A stretch of DNA of 64,000 nucleotides from an uncultured Gammaproteobacteria bacterium (GTDB lineage Bacteria > Patescibacteriota > Patescibacteriia > UBA9934): the NCBI GenBank assembly GCA_964582615.1, contig CAZORP010000003.1:2091-66090 (forward strand), written 5' to 3'. Both the position numbers and the translations under genes were made by a program. The notes below the pieces were generated by a model that saw only the letters and a program-made list of their open reading frames with translations, was not told where the DNA came from and ran no database searches. Numbering within the stretch: the first letter of the stretch is position 1; each line of letters starts with the position of its first letter. Shown here piece after piece: positions 58,057-64,000 of this stretch.

Positions 58057-58840
58057 AATATGCCGTTACTTCAGAAGGTTCAGGCGTAAGAATTTCCGGA
58101 CCATCTTCATGCAGTGCAATGGTCACCTCAAAGTGAGCCGCGTCACTTCCATCGTCAGTAACAAGCGTCCACCCATCAGAAGAAAGATCAACTTCATCAC
58201 TTCCTCGAGTAATCATTGGCTCAAGAGCTAAGCACATTCCAGAACGAAGAGGCACCTTAGGGAAGGCATTGCTCACAAAGTTTGGAACATGAGGAGATTC
58301 ATGCACCGCATGACCAACACCATGTCCAACAAGCGACTTAATAATTCCATATCCCCGAGGGATCTCCCCCTGAATGGCCGCCGCAATGTCGCGCGTAGAA
58401 AGACCAACACGTGCACGCTCGACACCTGCATATAGCGATGCGCGCGTTAATCCAAGAAGTTTCTTGCGAGCCGCAGAAATGGCCCCAACAGGAACGGTTA
58501 CCGCCATATCGGTACACATTCCCTTGTACCAGCATCCAATATCCAAACCAACGATATCCCCCTCAGCAAGTATGCGCTCGCGATTTCCTAAACCATGAAC
58601 AACTTCATCGTTTACCGAAATGCAAACCGTTGAAGGAAATGGAATTCCTCCGCCGGCTTTATATCCCTTAAATGATGGCGTCGCGCCCTGTGAACGCATG
58701 TACTCTTCGGCACATACATCAAGTGCCTTGAGCGAGACTCCCGGACGAACCATGCGAACTGCACATGCAAGCGCGTCGGAAAGGATTTTTCCACCCTCTC
58801 GCATGGCTTGAATTTCTTCCGCTGTTTTGATGAGTGCCAT
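58043..58840 (-). CDS. map: Methionine aminopeptidase type I
   Basis: 265 aa. Metal ligands appear in the expected contexts (VCISVNDEVVHG, DIVGLDIGCWYKG, GHGVGHAVHE). Confidence 0.9.
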   Translation of the reverse strand: MALIKTAEEIQAMREGGKILSDALACAVRMVRPGVSLKALDVCAEEYMRSQGATPSFKGYKAGGGIPFPSTVCISVNDEVVHGLGNRERILAEGDIVGLDIGCWYKGMCTDMAVTVPVGAISAARKKLLGLTRASLYAGVERARVGLSTRDIAAAIQGEIPRGYGIIKSLVGHGVGHAVHESPHVPNFVSNAFPKVPLRSGMCLALEPMITRGSDEVDLSSDGWTLVTDDGSDAAHFEVTIALHEDGPEILTPEPSEVTAYYETR

Positions 58841-58846
58841 AAGAAA

Positions 58847-59404
58847 CTATCCTAACACACGGTGAATACGCTCGGCAACTTCAGCAATGGTTCCACTTGC
58901 ATCAACGTGATGCACGATTCCTCGGGTAGCATAGCCACGTTCAAGCATAGGAATCGTTTCGGCGTCATAAAGTGCAAGACGCTTAGAAATAACTTCCGGC
59001 GTATCGTCTACGCGTTGCTCGGTACGCATGCGGTGGGTTATTCGATCCATTGCACGATCTTTTTCAAGGTCCAGAACAATAACATGTGTTGGTTGATCGT
59101 AAGCATCGTACGCCGCGAATTGCTCCTCGTTTCTTGGAAAACCATCAAGAATATACCCGATTTGCGCATCAGGTTCCTGAAGTCGCTTAGCAAGAACAAC
59201 AATTGCAACATCATCACCAACAAGACCACCTCCATGAACAATATCACGGATGCGATCGGCAATCATCCCCCCACGATCAATCTCATCCCGAAGAAGCTGT
59301 CCCATGGAAAGCGCTGGAATGCCGAGTTTTTGCGAAAGTAAAGCCGCTTGTGTTCCCTTGCCTGAACCCTGTGGACCGAGGAGGAGGATTTTATACATAC
59401 GCAT
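58847..59404 (-). CDS. adk: Adenylate kinase
   Basis: ILLLGPQGSGKGTQA is the P-loop. Short form, 185 aa. Confidence 0.9.
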   Translation of the reverse strand: MRMYKILLLGPQGSGKGTQAALLSQKLGIPALSMGQLLRDEIDRGGMIADRIRDIVHGGGLVGDDVAIVVLAKRLQEPDAQIGYILDGFPRNEEQFAAYDAYDQPTHVIVLDLEKDRAMDRITHRMRTEQRVDDTPEVISKRLALYDAETIPMLERGYATRGIVHHVDASGTIAEVAERIHRVLG

Positions 59405-59484
59405 CTATGCTAAACAAAAAAACCCCTTCCGAACAGAGGGAGCTCTTGCGAAGATGTTGGTATCTTTTTAGGATGTATCCGTCT

Positions 59485-60078
59485 ATGCTTCCCATTGTTT
59501 CTTTTTCAGAAGCCGCACAACTCCTCCTTGCGGAAAATGTCGGCATCATCCCCACCGACACGGTGTACGGCATTGTGTGTATCGCAAAAAGTTCAAAGGC
59601 TATCGGCGAGCTTTACGCGCAAAAACATCGCGAACGAAAACCAGGAACACTTATCGCGGCATCGTGGGAAGATTTTCTCTCACTAGGTTTTTCTCTTGAG
59701 GAGCTCTCTCGAGCGCGCCCTGTGTGGCCAGGGCCTATAAGTGTTGTACTTACCAATACGCACAACCCCATACTCGCGCAACACACAGGAAGCAATGCGT
59801 GCCGAGTTGTCCTTGGACCACCTGAGCTTATAGAACTTCTGCGCATAACCGGCCCCCTTGCAACGTCGAGTGCAAATACCCCCGGAGATCCTCCTGCGTG
59901 TTCAAAAGAGATGGCTCATGCATACTTCCCAAACATTCCCTTCATCGTTGATGGCGGAATTCAAGAAGAAAAACCTCCATCCTCCGTTATCACAATAACC
60001 CCCAACGGAGACATTACTATCCTTCGAGAAGGCGCCGTTGGCAAAGAAGAAATTCTTCGACGCATGACACAAAACTAA
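59485..60078 (+). CDS. tsaC: L-threonylcarbamoyladenylate synthase (YrdC/TsaC)
   Basis: IIPTDTVYGIVC and TSSANTPGDPP are YrdC signature motifs. Start chosen at MLPIVSF after an AGGA. The ORF track begins far upstream, antisense to adk. Confidence 0.75.
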   Translation: MLPIVSFSEAAQLLLAENVGIIPTDTVYGIVCIAKSSKAIGELYAQKHRERKPGTLIAASWEDFLSLGFSLEELSRARPVWPGPISVVLTNTHNPILAQHTGSNACRVVLGPPELIELLRITGPLATSSANTPGDPPACSKEMAHAYFPNIPFIVDGGIQEEKPPSSVITITPNGDITILREGAVGKEEILRRMTQN

Positions 60079-60104
60079 AAACAACCCTCGAAAGGGTTGT
60101 TTTT
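60079..60104. terminator. Bidirectional terminator between tsaC (+) and secY (-)
   Basis: AAAAACAACCC-TCGAAA-GGGTTGTTTTT. Confidence 0.75.
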
Positions 60105-60107
60105 AGT

Positions 60108-61361
60108 TTATGCCTCGTATGAGCGCATGGAGAGCTGTGCTTCAACCTGCTTAACGACATCGATAACCACCGAAACAACGATGATCACCGAAGATCCACC
60201 AACCGCGAAAAGCGCATTTCCTGTAATTGCTTGAACAATCGTTGGAAGAACTGCAAGTGTCGCAAGGAACACTGCGCCAACAACGAGAATTCGGTTCATA
60301 ACCCATTGCAAATACGTAACCGTATGTGCTCCGGGACGAACACCGGGAATGAATCCTCCCTGTTTTTGCAAGTTTTCACTTACTTGGTCAGGTCGGAAAA
60401 TGATAGATGCGTAGAAGAACGTGAAGAACACAACAAGGATGAACTGTGCAACACCATAAGCTCCAACGTTACTCGAGAAGCTAACAATCGCTTGCGCGAG
60501 AGAGCTTACCCATGGAGTACTTGCACTAACAAAGAATTGAGCAAATAGTCCAGGAGTAACCAAGAGTGACATCGCGAAAAGGATTGGGATCATACCTCCA
60601 AGATTCACTCGAAGAGGAAGAACCGAGGAAACCTTTCCCGAACCTCCACGAGCATATTGCACGGGAATGTTACGCTGAGCTTCACTTACAAAGACAACGC
60701 CTACAACGGTGAGAATTGTGGTCGCGGCAAAAAGAAGCGTGTCCACAAGCTCAGACGAAGTGTATGTCGCCAAAGCGTTTGCAAGAAATCCCGGAAAAGA
60801 AGCAACGATACCTGCAAAAATGAGAATCGAGAGTCCATTTCCCATCTTTCGCTCGGAAATAAGTTCTCCAAGCCACATAAGGAAAATCGTTCCCGTTACC
60901 ATTGAGGCGATAGCAACGACCCATTGCCAGAGGCTGATTGTTGCCGTACCGAAAACTCCCTGCTGATTCAAGAGCACCATAAGGCTATACGCCTGAAGTG
61001 CCGCAAGAGGAACCGTTGCAACGCGTGTCCAACGGTTCAAAACGCGTCTTCCCTGCTCTTCTTTCTGCATCTCTTCAACCGAAGGGAAGATCATGCCAAG
61101 AAGCTGGAAAATAATTGACGACGTAATGTACGGAGCAACACCAAGTGCAACAACTGAGAAACTCTTGAGCGTACCACCCGCGAAAACGTTAAGGAGTCCG
61201 AGGAGTTGGTTTTGCTGCAAGAGAATCGCGAGACTCGTGGCGTCAATTCCTGGAACAGGAATATGCGCCACGATGCGAAAAAGAGTAACTGCGAACAACA
61301 TGAAGAGGAGGCCACTGCGAATTTCGGGTTCTTTCCAAAGACGCGCGAGGATGTTCGCCAT
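60108..61361 (-). CDS. secY: Preprotein translocase subunit SecY
   Basis: 417 aa with 10 TM helices and a canonical SecY N-terminus. Confidence 0.95.
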   Translation of the reverse strand: MANILARLWKEPEIRSGLLFMLFAVTLFRIVAHIPVPGIDATSLAILLQQNQLLGLLNVFAGGTLKSFSVVALGVAPYITSSIIFQLLGMIFPSVEEMQKEEQGRRVLNRWTRVATVPLAALQAYSLMVLLNQQGVFGTATISLWQWVVAIASMVTGTIFLMWLGELISERKMGNGLSILIFAGIVASFPGFLANALATYTSSELVDTLLFAATTILTVVGVVFVSEAQRNIPVQYARGGSGKVSSVLPLRVNLGGMIPILFAMSLLVTPGLFAQFFVSASTPWVSSLAQAIVSFSSNVGAYGVAQFILVVFFTFFYASIIFRPDQVSENLQKQGGFIPGVRPGAHTVTYLQWVMNRILVVGAVFLATLAVLPTIVQAITGNALFAVGGSSVIIVVSVVIDVVKQVEAQLSMRSYEA

Positions 61362-61369
61362 ACGTAGAG

Positions 61370-61816
61370 TTAAGCTTCAACCGAACCACCTGCCTTTTCA
61401 ATAGCAGCCTTTGCTGTTTGTGAAACTGCGCAACCCTTAACCGTAACTGCATGAGCAAGCTCGCCAACCGCGAGAATCTTTACCGCAGCTTTCGCATTAC
61501 GGACAAGACCCTTCTTTGCAAGCGTACGAGGAGATACCACTTCGCCAGCAATGAAAACTTCTGCAACATCTGCAAGGTTAACAACCTGAGAGGTTGCCGC
61601 CATGGAGTTGAAGCCACGGAGCTTTGGCATCGCGAGCATTGCTGCACGAGAACCAATGCGTTGCAAACCGCTTGCACCAGCACGAGAAGACTGACCCTTC
61701 TGTCCGCGTCCTGCCGTGGTTCCCTTGGAACCAAGTCCACGACCAACGCGCTTCTTGTCTTTCTTCGCTCCAAAACTTGGGCGAAGCATATGCAATGAAA
61801 GTGTCATAGAAATCAC
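61370..61816 (-). CDS. rplO: 50S ribosomal protein L15
   Basis: LRPSFGAKKDKKRVGRGLGSKGTTAGRGQKGQ. Confidence 0.9.
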   Translation of the reverse strand: MISMTLSLHMLRPSFGAKKDKKRVGRGLGSKGTTAGRGQKGQSSRAGASGLQRIGSRAAMLAMPKLRGFNSMAATSQVVNLADVAEVFIAGEVVSPRTLAKKGLVRNAKAAVKILAVGELAHAVTVKGCAVSQTAKAAIEKAGGSVEA

Positions 61817-61819
61817 GTT

Positions 61820-62428
61820 TTACGCGGAGGGCGTTTGAGCCTTCTCCTTGCGGAGCATGGACAATGCCGAGAAAGCAGCCTTCACGTTGTTAATCTTATT
61901 CTTTCCACCCAAAACCTTTGAAACTGCGTTAGGAACTCCTGCAAGTTCAAGAACGACACGTACAGGTCCTCCGCACTTCAATCCCGTACCTTGTGGAGCT
62001 GGCTTGATGAGGACATCTCCTGCACCAAACTTTGCCGCAACAACGTGAGGAATTGTTTCCTTGATAAGAGGAATGGTGATGAGGCGCTTCTTCGCTTGAC
62101 GTGCCGCTTTATCAAGTGCCATCGAAACGTCAGCACCCTTTGCAACACCGAATCCAACGCGACCCTTCTTGTCACCAACGATTACCGTTGCGCGGAAGCG
62201 CATGCGCTTTCCACCCTTGGTAACACGAGTAACACGAGCAAGTTCAAGCGTCTTTTGTTCAAATTCGCGAGGATCACGCTCTTGGGTTCGCTGGCCACGA
62301 CCGCCACGGCGATCTCCGCCTTGGCGCTGACCTCCGCGACCGCCACGGCGATCTCCACCACGCTTAGCAGCACCTTCTAGTGCTTGCGTTCCAGAAACTG
62401 GAGCTGGGTTTTTTTGTTGTTCTTGCAT
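61820..62428 (-). CDS. rpsE: 30S ribosomal protein S5 with Gly/Arg-rich N-terminal extension
   Basis: VTRVTKGGKRMRFRATVIVGDKKGRVGFGVAKG is the S5 core. The N-terminus contains GGDRRGGRGGQRQGGDRRGGRG. Confidence 0.95.
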   Translation of the reverse strand: MQEQQKNPAPVSGTQALEGAAKRGGDRRGGRGGQRQGGDRRGGRGQRTQERDPREFEQKTLELARVTRVTKGGKRMRFRATVIVGDKKGRVGFGVAKGADVSMALDKAARQAKKRLITIPLIKETIPHVVAAKFGAGDVLIKPAPQGTGLKCGGPVRVVLELAGVPNAVSKVLGGKNKINNVKAAFSALSMLRKEKAQTPSA

Positions 62429-62431
62429 ACA

Positions 62432-62788
62432 TTAGAATTCAAGACCACTTTCACGAGCAGCGTCAGCGAGAGCTTTGACACGACCATGGAACAAGTATGC
62501 TCCGCGATCGAATACTACCGTCGTGATACCAGCTTTCTTTGCAGCTTCAGCAACAAGCTTTCCTACCGCCTGTGCGCGCTCAAGAGGTGAACCACCTTCT
62601 ACTGCGCGATCATGTGCGGAAGCAAGCGTGCGGCCCTGAGTGTCATCAATAACTTGCGCAGCGATGTGCTTTTCCGAGCGAAAAACGGACAATCGTGGAC
62701 GCTCTGCCGTACCACGAATCGTGGCTCGGACACGAGCTGCGCGACGCTGTGCGCGTGCGCGTTTTGCTTGGATCTCTTTTTTCGTCAT
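62432..62788 (-). CDS. rplR: 50S ribosomal protein L18
   Basis: 118 aa. [20 protein letters not shown]. Confidence 0.95.
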   Translation of the reverse strand: MTKKEIQAKRARAQRRAARVRATIRGTAERPRLSVFRSEKHIAAQVIDDTQGRTLASAHDRAVEGGSPLERAQAVGKLVAEAAKKAGITTVVFDRGAYLFHGRVKALADAARESGLEF

Positions 62789-62793
62789 AGCAA

Positions 62794-63345
62794 TTATTTA
62801 TCACCCTTTGCCGCCTTTCCAGCCTTGCGACGAATGATTTCATCGGTATAGCGGAAGCCCTTTCCCTTGTAAGGTTCAGGCTTTTTGAATGCGCGAATTT
62901 CTGCAGCGGCACGACCGACTGCTTCAGCGCTCATTCCAGAAAGCGTCAACACGTTATTTTCAATCTTTGCACTTACGCCCTCAGGAAGGGTGTACTTCAC
63001 ATCGTGAGAAAATCCCAATGCGAACGTAAGCATATTTCCTTGTGCGGACATCTTGAATCCAACGCCGTTCAATTCAAGCGCTTTGGTAAATCCTTGAGCT
63101 ACGCCAAGAACATACTGCGCAAGAAGTGCACGCATTGTACCCCAGATTGCACCATCTTCATCAGGATTACGCACGGTCACATCAAGTGCACGTACGCCAT
63201 CTTCCTCGCGCAACGTTACCATTGTGCGTGGATGAAGTGCGAGGGTCAACGATCCCTTAGGACCCGTAACGGTAACGCTTCCATCATTGATGGTTGCAGT
63301 AACTCCTTGAGAAAGGAATACCGGTTTTTTTCCAATACGAGACAT
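62794..63345 (-). CDS. rplF: 50S ribosomal protein L6
   Basis: [31 protein letters not shown]. Confidence 0.95.
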   Translation of the reverse strand: MSRIGKKPVFLSQGVTATINDGSVTVTGPKGSLTLALHPRTMVTLREEDGVRALDVTVRNPDEDGAIWGTMRALLAQYVLGVAQGFTKALELNGVGFKMSAQGNMLTFALGFSHDVKYTLPEGVSAKIENNVLTLSGMSAEAVGRAAAEIRAFKKPEPYKGKGFRYTDEIIRRKAGKAAKGDK

Positions 63346-63351
63346 AGGACC

Positions 63352-63750
63352 TTAATACACTTCACAAATAAGTTCACCTCCCAAGCGACGCTTCTTTGCT
63401 TCATCCCCCGTCATCAATCCGTTTGGAGTTGAAAGAATGGAGATTCCGTATCCAGAGCGAACTGCTCCAAGATCATCCGCTTTTACATAAATGCGACGAC
63501 CTGGCTTGCTAATACGCTTGAGCTCAGAAACAACTGGCATACCTTCTCGGTACGTAAGTGTGAGGCGAAGTACTTCACGAGAGGAAGTCTTTTGCTTCAC
63601 TTCTTCTACCGAAGAAAGATAGCCACGAGATTCAAGGATTTTCGCAATTGCGAATTTCATCTTCGACATTGGCATCTCAACAACGTGTGCGCGAGCCATT
63701 GCAGCATTGCGGACGCGTGTGAGCATGTCGGAAATTGGATCAGACATCAT
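63352..63750 (-). CDS. rpsH: 30S ribosomal protein S8
   Basis: MMSDPISDMLTRVRNA. Confidence 0.95.
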   Translation of the reverse strand: MMSDPISDMLTRVRNAAMARAHVVEMPMSKMKFAIAKILESRGYLSSVEEVKQKTSSREVLRLTLTYREGMPVVSELKRISKPGRRIYVKADDLGAVRSGYGISILSTPNGLMTGDEAKKRRLGGELICEVY

Positions 63751-63755
63751 AGGTT

Positions 63756-63941
63756 TTACCAGCTAGCCTTACGAATACCAGGAATCTCTCCCACGTTTGC
63801 CAACTCACGGAAACAAATACGGCAAAGACCGAACTTGCGCATAAAGAAGCGCTTACGTCCACAGCGCCAGCAACGCAAGTTAATGCGTGTGGAAAACTTT
63901 GGCGTTTTTGCTGATTTTGCAATTTGATTTTGTGTTGCCAT
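63756..63941 (-). CDS. rpsZ: 30S ribosomal protein S14 type Z (zinc-binding, 61 aa)
   Basis: [39 protein letters not shown] has four Cys. Start at MATQNQIAK. Confidence 0.9.
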   Translation of the reverse strand: MATQNQIAKSAKTPKFSTRINLRCWRCGRKRFFMRKFGLCRICFRELANVGEIPGIRKASW

Positions 63942-63942
63942 A

Positions 63943-64000
63943 TTAGTTGGATGACTTGGAGACAAATGGGAAGCCAAGTTCTTTCAAGAGAGCAAGACCA
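63943..64000 (-). CDS. rplE: 50S ribosomal protein L5, 3' end only (gene continues past the window edge)
   Basis: The minus-strand translation ends ...[18 protein letters not shown], matching the L5 C-terminus. The stop is 1 nt before the rpsZ start. Confidence 0.6.
   Translation of the reverse strand, partial: GLALLKELGFPFVSKSSN

Noticed and set aside
61820-62428. GGDRRGGRGGQRQGGDRRGGRG repeat at the S5 N-terminus
   Set aside because: This is a low-complexity protein extension of rpsE, not a mobile or regulatory nucleotide repeat.

Overview
This 64 kb window is dense bacterial chromosome at about 50% GC, carrying mostly housekeeping genes and no obvious prophage, transposase or CRISPR array.

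Gene content:
- rplK and rplA (+) at 2.8-4.4 kb, separated from rplJ and rplL (-) at 22.2-23.2 kb. The two pairs are unlinked and inverted relative to each other.
- A co-localised dTTP synthesis island: a long-form dCTP deaminase, a 614-aa tandem ThyX, dUTPase and thymidylate kinase.
- gatB, miaA, thrS (lacking the N-terminal TGS domain), dnaE and an archaeal-type UMP kinase.
- A DNA-maintenance cluster: xseA, xseB, a holin-like DUF360 protein, a TM0106-type RecB-like nuclease and a C39-like protein.
- metK and lexA as divergent neighbours, then eno, a SIMPL-domain protein, and an operon of an LCP-family protein, der, pth, dprA and topA.
- A 1156-aa acidic internal-repeat protein, a RelA/SpoT-family gene, parA and parB.
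- A tRNA cluster of Leu-CAA and Met-CAT on the + strand and an initiator tRNA on the - strand.
- scpA, scpB, an archaeal-type aspS and asnS behind a putative T-box leader.
- A secreted cysteine-pair repeat protein, recO, ruvX, map and adk.
- The end of the spc ribosomal operon (rplE partial, rpsZ, rpsH, rplF, rplR, rpsE, rplO, secY). rpmD (L30) is absent between rpsE and rplO.

Lineage hints: archaeal-type PyrH and AspRS, the missing L30, weak or absent Shine-Dalgarno motifs at most starts, and many lineage-specific hypothetical proteins suggest a Candidate Phyla Radiation-like or similarly reduced bacterium. This taxonomic call is inference only.

Most notable: the putative T-box leader before asnS-aspS; a GTTC-N7-GTTC candidate LexA operator; the nucleotide island with its tandem-domain ThyX; two tandem paralogous LRR-like proteins upstream of rplK; and the giant acidic repeat protein with its small partner.
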